Assembly (NCBI GenBank): GCA_951406725.2
Contig: OX597814.1
Coordinates: 201,934,001 to 201,998,000, forward strand
Length of the DNA stretch: 64,000 nt
Origin: Octopus vulgaris
Taxonomy: Eukaryota
Direction of reading: 5' to 3'
Part shown: piece after piece, positions 26,205-43,080 of the stretch
Layout of the letters: every line of letters begins with the position of its first letter
Position numbering within the stretch: the first letter of the stretch is position 1
Made by a program: the position numbers and the translations under genes
Notes under the pieces: model-generated
Told to the model about the DNA's origin: nothing
Seen by the model: the letters and a program-made list of their open reading frames with translations, nothing else
The model's database searches: none

Positions 26205-29200
26205 TGGGTTTTTCTTCTTCTTTCAAATTCGCTTCCATTTCATGTCGAGTGTCTTCCCGACACCTAGGGCAAAGAAACTCATAGTATATATTGGTAGGCC
26301 ATTAAACTAAACTCACTAGTTCGTTCATTATCATTTCATTTTTTTTTTTATAGAAATAAAGTTAAATTAAAATACATGGGTAGTAATAGCTCTCACATCG
26401 ACAATGCTCTTTTCAATACGTGTGATGTACCAGTTAAGACAATCTTTTGCACTTCTTGCAGGGATGGTAAGCCAGGGATCATTCTCATATAATTTTCGGT
26501 TCCCTTCTTGATCATTCCTAGTGCTCCTACGATCACTGGTATTGTAACCGCCTTGAGATGCCACATTTTCTCAATTTCAATGAGCAGGTCTTTATATTTT
26601 CTGAGCTTGTCAAATTCTTTCGCCGAGATACTATGATCACAAGGGAATGCTCATGTCGATCAATAAGCAAACTGTATTGTTTTGGTCTTTCACAACAATA
26701 TCCGGTTTATTGACTTTTATGGTTCGGTCTGTATGTACTGGAAAGTCCCACAGAATCAATATATTTTCTCCTTCAGTTACAGCCTCAGGGTGGTGATTAT
26801 ACCACTTGTCGACAGTTTTGATATTGTAATGCCGACTTATTAGCCAGTGTATATATTGGCCAACTCTGTCATGTCTTAATTTATACTCCACTGGTGCTAA
26901 GACTTTAAATCCAGAGATTAAATGGTCCACTGTTTCAATCATGTCGTTGCAGAATCGGCATTTTGGGTCTGCTCCATTTTTCATCACATTGGCCTGGTAA
27001 GGATGAAACCGTCGCCCTCTGCTTTTACCCCTGAGCTCCGTAGCTACTGATGGGTTTGCTTCTGGTCAACATCAGCTTGTTTGCTACGGGCCACATATTT
27101 GCCGTGCTGAGGTTTCTCCTCCCACCTATCAGCCAATTGCTCGTGCGCTTTTTTCGTTGCCATTATTTTCACCTTCTTTGCAACAATAGTTGCCATACTT
27201 TCCTCGGGTTGTTCAGTTTGGGTATCCTGCACGAGATCAATAGCAAAGTTTTTGGTTTCTTTTATGATAGAATGAAGCTGCTTTCGTCTCTCGTGATTTT
27301 CCACGAGCTTTAGCATCCAGTCATTCGTTATTTCAAGATATTTGGCCAGTCCAATTGTGGTTGTTTTGTAAGCTAGTTCAAATTGGATCAGGCCTCGACC
27401 TCCTTGGGCTCAGGGGAGGTAAAGGCGATCTACGTCTGCCTTTGGTTGGTGTATCCTATTACAACTCAGCAGCTTGCGTATTTTCCTATCTATATTCTTT
27501 ACTTCACTCATATTCCAGTTCAACTCATTGTAGCTATAAGTAACAACTGAAACTTCTAAGGAATTTATAGCTAACACCTTGTTACGTGCATTTAGTTCAG
27601 ATTTCAGGACTGCTCGAACTGTCCTATAACATTCCTTCCTGATCTTCTCTTTCATGCTTGCATGCTGAATACCAGAGCCTTCATTTATCCCTAAACATTT
27701 GTAGGTTTGTTCTTGCTCAAGCTCTCTTATGACTGTGTCAACATCTAACACGACTGAATTTGTGGTCTTCACTTTCTCTTTCTGGAAAGTGGCCTTGGCA
27801 CACTTCTCAAGCCCAAACTCCATCCCAATGTCATCATTGAATGCTTTCACAGTGCGCAATAGGCCTTCAAGTTCATTATCGTCTTTACCATAGAGTTTTA
27901 AGTCAACCATATAAAATAGATGGCTTATTTTTTTATCGACAATTTATACCCATACCCTGTTCTGTTTAATTCACTTGTAAGGGGTATTAGGGCTATGCAG
28001 AATATTAAAGGTGAAAGTGAGTCACCTTGAAAAATGCCACAGTTGATGTTTATATTCTCTAAGGTAAGTACTCCATTAGAGTGGTATCATTGGAGATTCG
28101 TATTCCACGACATATTATGCTTCAGGAAGCTTGAAATCACAGGGGAAATTTTGAAGATGTCCAGCGATTTCAAGATCCATGAATGCGGTATACTGTCGAA
28201 GGCCTTTTTATAGTCAATCCATGCGGAGCTGAGATTTCTGCGCTTGTTGTGACAGTTCTCAAGGATCATACGATTTATTAGCAGTTGATCTTTGCATCCG
28301 TATGAGCCTCGGCGGCACCCTTTTTGTTCAATGGGGAAAATATCGTTCTTCTCCATGAATGCATATGTTTTCTCCGCCAGGTTAGATGTTAGGATTTTAT
28401 ACGTGGTGGATAAACAGGTTATAGGCCGATAGTTTTTTGGAAGTTTGGTTTCGTTATTCTTTGGGAGTAGGTAAGTAATACCACTTGCTAACCATTCAGG
28501 TGTTTTCTTTGGGTCTCTCATAATTCCATTGAGCAGCTGAACTAGCTTACCGTGTGCGCATGGGAGCAATGAGAGGCAGAAATTCGGCACCCTATCTTTA
28601 CCGGGGAATTTCCAATTATGGGCCTTCGTGAGTGCCTTTCTTAGGTCTGCTATTGTGATGTCTGCCCATGCTTGTCGTTGTAAATTTTGGTAGGATCCTT
28701 CAGTTTGTATAATCCAGTCTGCATTTATGTTGTACGTCTTCTTGTCACTCCAAATCCTTTCCCAAAAGTTTTGAACTTCTTCCATGGGAGGGAGGTCTTT
28801 AACGGTTACTTTCTCCTTCCCTATTTCTCTGTAGAATTTTTTGGCATTGGATGTGAACAGCTTATTTTGCTTGTAAAACTTGTTTCTCTTCTCAAATCTT
28901 CGTATTCTTTGAGCTTTTGCTTGGACTTTTTGTTTCAGCTTTTCTTTTATTGATATCAGTTCTTCCCTTGGTGAGGATCCAGATTTTCTCTTCATCTTTC
29001 TTCCTGTTCTGGATCTTACATCATTTCCACATATTAGTTCATTTAATATTGATATTTCCCCCCTCATAAATTCAATCTCTTTTTCAATTTTACTTCTCCG
29101 GGTTTGATTTCTTCCAAGGTTTGGTTTTCTTTGTTTTTTCGGGGGCATACAGCTGGTTTCAATTGCCCTAGCAGAAGCGTAAATAATTTCATTTAACTCA

Positions 29201-30150
29201 GTAAAATCAGGTTTTAATTCTTGTATTATTTCATTTGTTACATAGTTGCCAATTTTGATTTGTTTTTTATTTTGGTTTGTATTTGAAAGTTTATGAAGTG
29301 GTTCTCTATCAAGCGTATTCAGGATTTTCTGCCTCATTTCTGCCATAGACTCTCTGTGTTCTTCAGCAAATGCGAGATCTTCAGTTACTGTTGTTTTATC
29401 ATTTTCCTGACTATCTTTAACAGGTTCAATAGAATTTCTTGTATCTTCAGGACTTTGCGTGCTTTGGTCAGATGGCAGTCTTTCAATTAAGCCTCGTGGC
29501 GGGCTATTCTGTTCATCTGATTCTTCATTTCCTTTGTGTCTTATATTTATGTTATTTTCCGTTGCGTGCTTGATCGCGCTTATTTCACTGTCTGTGAGTC
29601 TGTTATTTCTAAGGATATCCCTCCTCACATTTGCCAATTTGTTCTCGTCCAAATAGGGCCTACTGTCTTGATTCCGTGTTCTCCATATACTGTAAGAGTT
29701 TGCGGTGTGTCTCTCTTGAGATGGCCTACCTAATGCATAGTAATAAGCGTATATTACTTCTTTATACTCTTCCCGGGTCCATTTGTTCCGCTTACATTTT
29801 TCTCTCTGTGGTGGTGAACTTGGAGGGCTCGAGTTGGGGAATTTCCCGTTCAAGTGACCATCCATGTCCGTATTCGGAGAAGAGTTTGTGCCAGTTGATG
29901 ACTTTTCAATCCCAGGCTGGCTCTTCCCTGGGGGACGCGCTTCCAGATTAACCATAGGACAAGCGATTTGGTATACTGATTTAGTTTTCCTTTTAGTTTC
30001 CAAAAACATTTTGGTGCTACGATAATGTTATCATTTTTGAGCTCTGAGTGGCTCGCGGGGAGACGGCCATCATTGCCGTTACAATTACAATCGTACCATT
30101 ATAGTAGCCGTAGCCGGCCTGTGGTCACTCCTTGTAGTCATGGCAACAGT
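26205..30150 (-). mobile_element. Near full-length Dong/R4-clade non-LTR retrotransposon, inactivated
   Basis: Myb-like N-terminus; RT motifs NYRPITCL, QKGC, WIDYKKAFDS, GIFQGDSLSP, YMVD (decayed YMDD); CRFC..ETVDH zinc finger; RHD and PDIVV RLE motifs; frameshifts and stops; TTA repeats at both ends. Confidence 0.95.
28087..30009 (-). pseudogene. 640-aa open portion of the Dong/R4 ORF (Myb-like plus N-half of RT)
   Basis: ORF track; it continues out of frame in 27410-27910, 27044-27316 and 26637-26987. Confidence 0.92.
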
Positions 30151-30447
30151 GTATTATTATTATTTAGATGAAGGAGAAGGCAACAGTTTATTATTATTAT
30201 TATTATATAGAGGAAGGAGAGGGCAGGTTGGCAGTAGATAGGCAGGATGGCAGTCATACAGTTAGATATCGTTAGTCTATAAATAGACTCAATAGGAGTA
30301 GGCGAGGGGTGAAAGAGTGATTGTACCCATGTGGTCCAGCAAAGGAGCGGTCAGCAGAGGTCAAATATGTGTTTGCTACCAACTCACCTTGTGCGTTTTA
30401 ATTACCGATAGAAAGACAGAAATAAAATACACACACTCACACTCACA

Positions 30448-31320
30448 TATATATAATTTCTATATATATAAATTGCTTAAATTAGTATCCGGCGGCGTTT
30501 AAGAGTGTTCTTGTAGAAATTTCTGGGTTTTTTTCATATTTGGCTATTCGCAATACAATGTATATATTAAAGTTGATCGTTTGTGTGTGTTTAGCAATTA
30601 AAATTTTTTTTTCCATAAGATTGTAGATATTAAAGTTTTTAAAGATGATCATTTGTGTGTTCGTCCAGGGAAAACTGAATATAATCAAGTTTTTAAGCCT
30701 GTAAATTGTTTAAGTAAAGGTAGCCAGAGGCGTTTAAGAGTGTTCTTGCAGAGAAATCTTTTTACATATTTGGCTATTCAGTGTAGATATTAAAGTTCTT
30801 AAAGATGATCATTCGTGTGTTCACGGAAAGTTTTACTTTTCACATAATATTGTAGATATTAATGTTTTTAAAGATAATCGTTTGTGTGTCCGTCCAGAGA
30901 ATACTGTAGATAGTCAAGTTTTTACAGTTATTTAGAATGAGATTTTAAATACTCACAGAGGATAATAGATACCTCAGTTTTCAAAAAATGTTTTTTGGTT
31001 GTAATAGAATGTCTGCGTATATATATATAATTTCTATATATATAAATTGCTTAAGTTGGATAACCGGAGGCGTCTAAGAGTGTTCTTGCAGAGAAAAAAG
31101 GATGTTTACATATTTGGCTAGTCAGAGAGAAAAGAAGAGTTTTGGGTATTCATAGGAAATTGTAGATATTAGAATTTTTAAAGATGATTGTTTGTGTGTT
31201 CGTCCAGAGAAAATTGTAGATAATCAAGTTTTTAAAGCTAATTAGAATGAGATTTTAAGTATTCACGGAAAATTTTAGATATTCCAGTTTTTAAAAGTTG
31301 TTTTTCAGTTGTAGTAGAAT
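30448..31320. repeat. Degenerate tandem repeat, about 3 units with internal subrepeats
   Basis: aaattg(c/t)ttaa...ggcgt(t/c)taagagtgttcttg at ~30470, ~30703 and ~31044; recurrent tgtagatatt...aaagat(g/a)at..tgtgt. Confidence 0.75.
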
Positions 31321-31406
31321 TCCTGTGTCTTCAGCTGCTGACTTATCAGAGCAGCGAAAGACACGTCCAGCTGCTACCAGGGCAGGCTGTTATGCTCTTA
31401 TTATTA

Positions 31407-31477
<71 letters not shown>

Positions 31478-32470
31478 TTCTCACAGGTTTTGTTGGAGCT
31501 CCTTGAGTCTTGCATGTGTAGCCTGCTTATAACCTGCAGCCTACGGTTCGTTCTTTTCAGTTATCTAATACTTTCCTGATTCTTCTGGCCATGCCAGGGA
31601 GATAAGCCTTTTGCAACAGTTCTACTGGGCACTCTATTCTGATTTCTTTCATATTCCTCTTGATGCCTTCTTATACTGTCCCCCAAAAACCAACAATAAC
31701 TGACACTATCTTCACCTTCTTCATTTTCCATAGCCAGGCTACTTCGTACTTAAGAGGGTTGTATCCATCGATCTTTTCACCTTCCTTCTTGACTGTTCAT
31801 GTGTCAAAAGGGTATGTAACATCAACTATATTGCATATGTGATGCACATTGTCCACCACCAATAGGTCCGGTCTGTTATGCTCTAACACCTGATCTGTTT
31901 GAATTCGAAAATCCCAAAGGATTTTGCTAGTTTTCAACTCTGCTACTCTCTGTGGTTTGTGCTCATACCATGTCTTGCCTCTCTCTAGCCTCCACTTTTC
32001 GCACAGTTTCCAATGTAGCGCTTTTGCTACCTGGTTGGGTCACCACAACTTGTAGTGGTCATGGGAAAGTCTAGGGCATTCATTCATGACATGGGCAATG
32101 GTTTCATCCACTCTATTGCAGAATCGACACAGCCGAGACAATTCCAAAGGTTGACCCTCCAGTTCGTGGCCAGAGCTTGGTCCTGCGCTGCCAGTAAAGT
32201 GCTCTTGATCTCTCTTTTAGGGTTCCTTCCATCAACCAATCCCACCTATTTTTTCCAGAAACTTCTGTTGTGGCTACATGGAATTCATTGTGTAGTCCCT
32301 TGTTGCATAATTCTTATTCATTTGTATTCCCTTTTTTCTGCTCTCAACACTCCTTCATTCCCAAATGTCACTAGCAAGGTTTCCTTACTTTGTGTTAGGT
32401 ATTTCGTTAAGCTCTCGACTTCAATACGCATGCAGTTTTCCACACTTATCAGTTCCCTTCCTCTATTTGC
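31478..32470 (-). mobile_element. 5'-truncated Dong/R4 element of another family
   Basis: NQVAKALHWKLCEKW..WYEHKPQRV..KILWDFRIQTDQVLEHNRPDLLVV RLE region; its 3' end abuts (TTA)n at 31398-31477. Confidence 0.85.
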
Positions 32471-32558
32471 TGTGAAAATTTACATAAATGTTCACAAAGG
32501 TAACGACACAAGAAGATAACAATATATTATCTAATAAATACAAAATAGTTATAGAACT

Positions 32559-32597
32559 GAACAATATTTCGATAGTATGTCTGTCTTCATCAGGCTA
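32559..32597 (-). ncRNA. Decayed hammerhead motif in an inverted PLE terminal repeat
   Basis: agc-CTGATGA-a-gacag acata ctatc-GAAA-tatt-gtt on the minus strand. Confidence 0.5.
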
Positions 32598-32689
32598 AAA
32601 ATGAAAAAAATGCAGAAATACAGAGATTAAAAATTTGAATAGGAATTCTAAGTGTTCCTTTCTAGACAGAATGACATCAACTTTCACTT

Positions 32690-33660
32690 TTTTATAGCTG
32701 TTAATAAGGAATTCAAGATAAAATCTTGCGAAGTTTTTCTTAACAAAAAGCAATAAATCAAGGGAGATGGCTCTTGGATCTGACCCCTTGGGATTTAACG
32801 TTTGAAAAAAGCTATTTGATGTTGCAATGGGAACTGTGACAGTGGGTGCAGAGGTAGGGGATCTTGTAAGCTTTAGTATCCTAAATATCTGTAGAAAAAT
32901 ATAAAAGAATCCAACATAGGATTATATAGGGATGATGGCCTGGGAGTGGTATACAGTAAAAACGGACATAATACAGATAGGATAAGGAAGAGATATGCAA
33001 AATATTTAGCCAGTTACATCTAAGAACCACAATTAGTACTAACCATAAAGTCAATTTTCTAGATATTAACATGAACCCTAACACAGGCAATTTTAAGTCT
33101 TACCATAAACCAAATGAGGAAGCCTCGTACATAGACATATGCTCCAACCACCCACCATTAATCATTAAGCAATTAGCTAATAACATTAGCAAGCACATCT
33201 CCAATCTATCCACCAGTAAAGCCACTTTTGCAAAGGTCTCCCCATACTATAATGCTGCATTAGAAAGGTCCAGCTTTAAGAATAGTATAAACTATATTGA
33301 ACCAAATGTAGATAACCCAAGATGGTTCAACTCATCTTATAGCATGAATGTAGCCACTAAAATAGGTTGGAAATTCTTAAAATTAATTGACAATTACTTC
33401 CCACACTCACACGTATATCATATCTTCAATAGAAACACTGTTAACGTAAATTATAGTTGCCTCCCCAATATAGAGTCAATAATACTCCATTATAATAGCG
33501 CCACTTGGAATACCCCTCAAAGACACTGTAGCTGTAGATCTCCGAACTACTGTCCACTAAATAATAGCTGTCTGGAGTAACAAAGACATACAATGGAATG
33601 ACGGGCAACTTATTCAAGGAAAAATACACACAGCATCCAGCGTCATTCAATTTACACTAC
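32690..33660 (+). mobile_element. Penelope-like element remnant (RT C-half plus Cys-rich linker)
   Basis: FDVAMG, GAEVGDLV, IGLYRDDGLG, SNHPP, WFNSSYS, IFNRNTVNVNYSCLPN, CSCR..CPLNNSCL. Confidence 0.88.
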
Positions 33661-33755
33661 CTTGGTTTTTTATCTCATTACGAAACAAATTTTATATATA
33701 TATGTATATGTATATATATAAATATCTCTCTCTATATATATGTATATGTATATTC

Positions 33756-33791
<36 letters not shown>

Positions 33792-34544
33792 GTGTGTGTG
33801 TGCCTGTTTGTGTTCATATATCTCATACATGTAATTAAATTGCCATACAATGTTATATATCTAAATATTGACATAATCATAACCACATGAACACACATAG
33901 CTTTATAAATGATATTTTCTCCAATTTCCTCAAAACTACTTCTAGTAATCAACTTTAAAAAAATCAAATGCTGCCTTTATTATTTTTATTCATTTACTTT
34001 TTCAAAAAATGCTTTGTTGTCATCTCACCAAACGCAATATTGTTTTGTTTATATCCATTTATATCTGTTTATATCTGTTTATATCTGTTGTTATCGATAT
34101 AAATATACTAAGGATTCACGAAGAAGTGACAAACCTTGTTCAACAGTAACGCGGCAGTTGCCAGAGGATACAAACATAGAAACAAAAACAAAAAACAAAA
34201 AACAAACGGTGTCATACAAATGAACAGAGGACATGAAACCATGGAGGAGATTAATATAATGATATTCCATGCACTTGATATGATAACGTTGGGCAACATG
34301 ATGATGTATCTATTTTTTACATCTTCAAGGCTTCATATTTTATCTTGTTTATAACGTTCGTATAAATAATAATGATTTCTTTTGATCTAAAACTTTTGGT
34401 TATATTTAAAAGAATTATCTGCCCTATATTTATTTATATATTTATTTTATTTATTTGTTTGCTTGTTTGTTTATTTGTTTGTTTTCTTTCTTTCCGTATT
34501 TGAAAATCTATGTAACATGATACAGTGATTTTATCAGTATGGCA

Positions 34545-34876
34545 TGGCTCTCTGTCGGTTATGACAAACAAGTTTTGCAGTTAATTTGATGATCAATGGA
34601 ACAGCCTGCTAGTGAAATTAATTTATAAGTGGCTGAGTACTCCACAGGCATGCATAACCTTAAGATAAATCTCAGGGAGATTCAGCATGACACTGTGAAT
34701 GTGACAAGGCCGGTTCCTTTGAATTACAAAGTACTCCTCATTTTTGCCAGTGGAGTGGACTGGAGCAATAAAAAACAAAGTATCTTGCAAATGGACAAAA
34801 TGTGCTGCTATGAATCGAACTCTTGATCTTGTGGTCATTAGATGAATGCCTTAACCACTAAGCCAAGCACCTTCAT
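34545..34876 (-). mobile_element. Diverged SINE (head D, tail X)
   Basis: Matches 61308-61629. Confidence 0.8.
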
Positions 34877-35226
34877 GTTGTCAATATAAAGACCGTTAAA
34901 GATCAAGGACACATTGCAAGACTAACGCCTTTGTCCTGGGGTTCAATTTTCAGTATCTCTTCTGGATCTTTTGAACATTTTGAAGGTAACACCTGAGTTG
35001 GCACTGCTTCCCAATATTAGCCCAAGGTTTCTGTTGAAAACATCATCTGAGTATAGAGGGGACCCTTTGATACACGGGCAACTACAGGACTTCTATAAAA
35101 TCTTTGCTCGGGCTTTGCACCTTGAAGGGGAATTGGGGGATTTCCAGTTGCAAAACCATGCTCTCACAAGACATGCACTGACCCTAATATGCATTGCAAC
35201 TCTATGAAATCTATGTTTCAATGTTT

Positions 35227-35609
35227 CATACTGCAATTATACTGCGATCATACTGTGATCAGACTGCAATCATACTGCAATCACACTGCAATCATACTGC
35301 GATCATATTGCAATCATACTGCAATCATACTGTGATCATACTACAATCATACTGCAACCATACTGCAATCATACTGTGATCGAAATGCAATCATACTGCA
35401 ATCACACTGCAATCATACTGCGATCATACTGCGATCATACTGTAATCATACTGCGATTATACTGTGATCATACTGCGACCATACTGCAATCATACTGCAA
35501 CCATACTGCGATAATACTGCAATCACACTGCAACCATACTGCAATCACATTGCAATCATGCTGCAATCATACTGCAATCATATTGCAATCATACTGCTAT
35601 TATACTGCA
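35227..35609. repeat. 11-bp minisatellite (CATACTGCAAT), about 35 units
   Basis: Directly visible; explains the HTAIILQSYCN ORFs. Confidence 0.93.
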
Positions 35610-35995
35610 GTGCCAATAAGTGAACCACTACATAGTAACTCATCATGCTAGAAATGACAGCAAATCTCCCTCAAATTACAGCTTATCGCAGAAGGATGAC
35701 ATAGAGTATAACATATTCCTAGATATACTGTGCATGAATAAATGGTGGAATACTTACAGATGTTCTTACTTTGATCATTAGATCTGTTTGTTCTTGTCTG
35801 ACCTGGGGTTAAATAAGATAGCCACTATTTCATGTGTCTTTTAAGGTAGCCTTATTTTTCTAAAATCTTCTTACTTTCTCTCTCTTTCTCACTCTGATTC
35901 TGTCTGTCTGTCTCTTTGTCTGCCTGTCTGTCTGCCTCTCACTCTCTCTCCCTCTCTCTCCATCTCTCTCCTTCTCTCTCTCCACCTCTCTCTCT

Positions 35996-36169
35996 AGGCA
36001 CAGGAGCGGCTATGTGGTAACAAGCTTGCTTACCAGCCACATGGTTCCAAGCTCAGTCCCACTGTGTGGCACCTTGAGCAAGAGTCTTCTACTATAGCCT
36101 CGGGCCGACCAAAGCCTTGTGAGTAGATTTGGTAGGCGGAAACTGAAAGAAGCCCATCGTATATATTTA

Positions 36170-36228
<59 letters not shown>

Positions 36229-36447
36229 GTGTGTGTGTGTCTTTGTTTGACCCCACCAACATCACTTGACATCCGACGCTGGTGTGTTTACGTCCCTGTA
36301 ACTTAGCAGTTCGGCAAAAAAAGAGACCGATAGAATAAGTACTAGGCTTACAAAGAATAAGTCCTGGGGTCAATTTGCTCGACTAAAAGGTGGTGCTCCA
36401 GCATGACCACAGTCAAATGACTGAAACAAGTAAAAGAATAAAAGAAT
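35996..36447 (+). mobile_element. SINE family A
   Basis: Full-length match with an expanded internal (TG)n. Confidence 0.9.
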
Positions 36448-36481
36448 ATATATGATGTAATTAACGAAGTTGAATGGTGTC

Positions 36482-36544
<63 letters not shown>

Positions 36545-37194
36545 TTTTTTTTTTTACCAAGCCATCCAACTTTGTTAATTACATCATTGATTTAATTAAA
36601 TCACCTGGGAAACCATGATCAAACAGATCAATGATCAAAGGCATATAATCCATGATCGTCCCATCTTTTATTCATCTCTTATTCCCTATTCCATTCTTTT
36701 ATGATAAGGTGTGATTTGCAAATCTAAATATTTATTGATCAGCAACACCCACCCATCTCTAAAAATCTAAAATTTTTTTTTTTATAATAAAATTATTATT
36801 ACCATTTATTTTTCTTTTTATAATTTCACTCTGTTTTTGTTTCATTATAATTTTTATCTATTTATGTATCTGTTTATTTATTTATTTATTTATTCACTTG
36901 AATTTTAATTTCTATCGAATAACTGATATCGATATCTGTTCAGAAACAACACCCAATCGTTCATTCAGTTATTTATTATTTTGTTTGTTTATTTATTTAT
37001 TTATTCATACAGATGACATCTTATGAACATCTTAACCTCATATCATGAATGATAAAGCCAAAAAAAACTAAATATAAAACAACAACAAGAAAACAACAAC
37101 AAATGACTTGATCTTCTCTGGAAGAAAGGGAAACATTTTGCTTTTACCGATAAAACATCACATCGATATCAGTGATAAATAATAATAGCTTTTA

Positions 37195-37234
<40 letters not shown>

Positions 37235-37246
37235 GCTGCTGCTGCT

Positions 37247-37335
<89 letters not shown>

Positions 37336-37393
37336 CACCACCACCACCACTAATAATGATGATGAGGAGGATGAGAATGGTGATGATGATGAT

Positions 37394-37444
<51 letters not shown>

Positions 37445-37447
<3 letters not shown>

Positions 37448-37698
37448 GAAATTCAAAAGATAGTGCCCATGGGAACTGCCCACATCCTACGTAAAATACT
37501 TTCTATGTAATCTCAAATTTTAAAATAAACATAATTTTCTTATGGTTTCTTAAACATTCTCTAGAACAATAGAGTGTACAAAACCAAATATATGGTACCC
37601 TAGGCATAACACCAACTTGAATTTCTAACTTGTTGTCTCTTGTGAAATCTGGGTGAGACTTGGAGCCAACTTGTACAGATACAAAGCAAAAGTCAAAC

Positions 37699-37700
<2 letters not shown>
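37445..37700 (+). mobile_element. 5'-truncated Dong/R4 3' end
   Basis: KEIQKIVPMGTAHILRKILSM* plus 3' UTR, embedded in (TAA)n. Confidence 0.85.
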
Positions 37701-37773
<73 letters not shown>

Positions 37774-38071
37774 TAATAATAATAATAATAATGATAATAA
37801 TGATAATAATGATAATAATGATGATAATAATAATAATAACAAGAGCACTCAGAGAGTGCAAACCTCCACCAAGGCAACACCAACATCCTCTCAATGAGTA
37901 GCAAGAGATGATTTTTTAAATGAGTAGGTTTAACGAAAGCGCTCACACACCAGAAAAAATGTTCTTCTCCAAGAAGGTTAGTAACATCTTCATAACAGAT
38001 CTTATAACATTTAAAAAAAAATTCCCTTTACATTTCAAAAACTGTATAAAGTAATTCTCACAGACTTTCAA

Positions 38072-40790
<2,719 letters not shown>

Positions 40791-40814
40791 GTCATGAGAG
40801 GTTGATTATTTTTG

Positions 40815-41045
40815 GGGTCAGTTGGTCATGCGTGTAGATTTGTTTGTGTTTGTACCCTCCTACCACAATTTGACAGCAAGTGTTGTTTTGTTTACATTCC
40901 TTTTACTTTGATGCTTCACAAATGAAGCTGACAGATTTGGTATGAGACTTTAACAAAAATATAAGAAATGGGGTCCATTTGTTTTACTAAACTTTCAGGG
41001 TGTTGCCCCATCATGGCTACAGACCAATGACTGAAACTAGGAAAA
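40815..41045 (+). mobile_element. Old partial family A SINE (3' half)
   Basis: Diverged tail ..catcatggctacagaccaatgactgaaactag. Confidence 0.55.
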
Positions 41046-42374
41046 CACAAACGATAAAGATGACAATGATGATGATGATAGCAACAACAACAATTACAGC
41101 AATAATAATAATAGTTATGATAACAATAATAATCATGATTTATTTTATTTTACTTTATTTTATTATATCAAATAAAAAAGTTGCAATATTGGGTAACAAA
41201 CACACAAAAAAACAAATGTTAAGATATCTGAAATATCAAAAAAATCTTCTAAACCATTTCATATGTTCAAAGCATCTTCTAACATTTTATTGTATTTTAT
41301 TGTATTCCATTTTTCCTTCCACTGAACGAAGAAACATCTTAACTCATAATATTTTGACATTATTTTCTATCATTTGTTTAAACGTTAAGAAACGAAAGAA
41401 TTATTGACTAATAATACGAAGTGAAAAATAAATAATAAACAAAAGGATGATGTCCAACATTGCTCTCTATTATACATCAATTGATGTTTACTTAAAGTCT
41501 CTTCCAGATCAAATTTTCTTCAACCCATTTTTTTTCCGGATGATTGTGCATTGAGCTGAAAGACTATAAATATTTATCTGGTGAAATGACATTATTTTTC
41601 CACATATGACACCCTTTGTAACCTTCAACAATACTAAATGTTATTCGTCGATGATTCAACTATCCAATCTTTTATTAAGACCCTTCGTCTCTTTCATCTG
41701 AGACTTTAACTGAAATAAACCAAATCTTGCTTATTTTAATTTTTGTTGTTGTTGCTTGATGGTTTCATTCATTGAACTGCAGCCTTATTGTGATAACACT
41801 TCTATGAACATTAGTCGTTAGTGATCAACCCTGGTACTTTTATCAGACTGGTGCTTATTCTATTGATATCTACCTATTGAAGTGCCTGATAAAGAAGTGG
41901 TAACTCAGGTTGTAGCAAATAGGAAACTGCTTTATGGAATAAGGGCTAACAAACTTCAATTTTTGATTATGTGATGAGGAAAGAGGGCCTGCAGTGTTTA
42001 GTGAGGACCAGAAAGATTAGAGGAAAGGTTGGAGCAGAGGAAGAAGGTTGATATGAGTGTCAAGCTTGAATTGGTTGAATTGGTTGGAAGAAAGAAGCAT
42101 TACACATCAGGAAGTAGAACTGTTGCAGGAAACAAAGAACAGACAATTGTGGCAGAACACGGTCGTCTGTGTTATACATTCTGGAAATGGCACCTAAATA
42201 ATGATTTAACAAACGGCAAAGTTACCTTTTGATGTAAAGGGATACAACTTGATAGAATATTTTATGCTGGCATACATGCATACATAGATACATACACACA
42301 CGCACAAGCACACTCACACACACACAAATACACATACACATGCACACACACTTTCACTCACTCATATGCGCAGT

Positions 42375-43080
42375 TACCCATACACAATATGTGAACATTG
42401 CCAAACCATTTAATTTAACATTATGCCCAGTTGTTGCAGAACCAACATCAAACTCACAATCAAACAATTTACTTGACATTATTTTGAAGCCATTGTTCAA
42501 ACTATTTTCTAGTTTCATCAGGGAAGATGTGCAGTTCCTAAATCCCATTCACGAAAGAGTAAATATAGAGATGATCCAGGTTAGTTTCAATGTGACCATC
42601 TCCACATAAATATTCCACATGGATTAGGATTAAAAGTATTAGAATTCTGAATAGACAATTAGCTACAAGGAATTGTAGGGATTCCCAAAAGAATTCCTAC
42701 TAGAAAGATTATAATTGATTATTGAAATCAATTACTTCCTTGATAACCAATATTACCTTCAAATTAAAAGAAACAGCAAAGGGCACAGAAGTGGCACCCA
42801 TGTTTCGAATGTTTCCAACACTACTGATGAGATTCTTAGAAGAAAAAATATCTCTTCGATTACATATCAGTATTTCCATTCCTATGTAATCGTAAACAAA
42901 AGATTCCTGGATGATTGCTTAATATTTGGAGTAAATGTAAGGATGACCTAACATGATACCTGAAATTTACAAATAGCGTTCGCCTCAGAAATTAACAAAA
43001 GGGAAACTACCTTCTCTGGGCATTTTAGGAATTAAGAAAAGAAAGACTATTTAAAACTGATCTCTACTGCAAGGATACTA
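42375..43080 (+). mobile_element. PLE RT remnant
   Basis: LCPVVAEP..NLLDIILKPL, DNQYYLQIK, RFLDDCLIF; related to 39582-40202 and in the opposite orientation. Confidence 0.82.

Noticed and set aside
28087-30009. Domesticated or active RT gene
   Set aside because: The ORF ends mid-RT, the catalytic motif reads YMVD, and downstream frames are broken.
30020-30150. Possible HDV-like ribozyme in the Dong 5' UTR (ggccggc, tccccgc)
   Set aside because: Could not build P1, P1.1 and P2 consistently by eye; needs a descriptor search.
35227-35609. CRISPR-like regular repeat
   Set aside because: No spacers, no cas genes, eukaryotic context.
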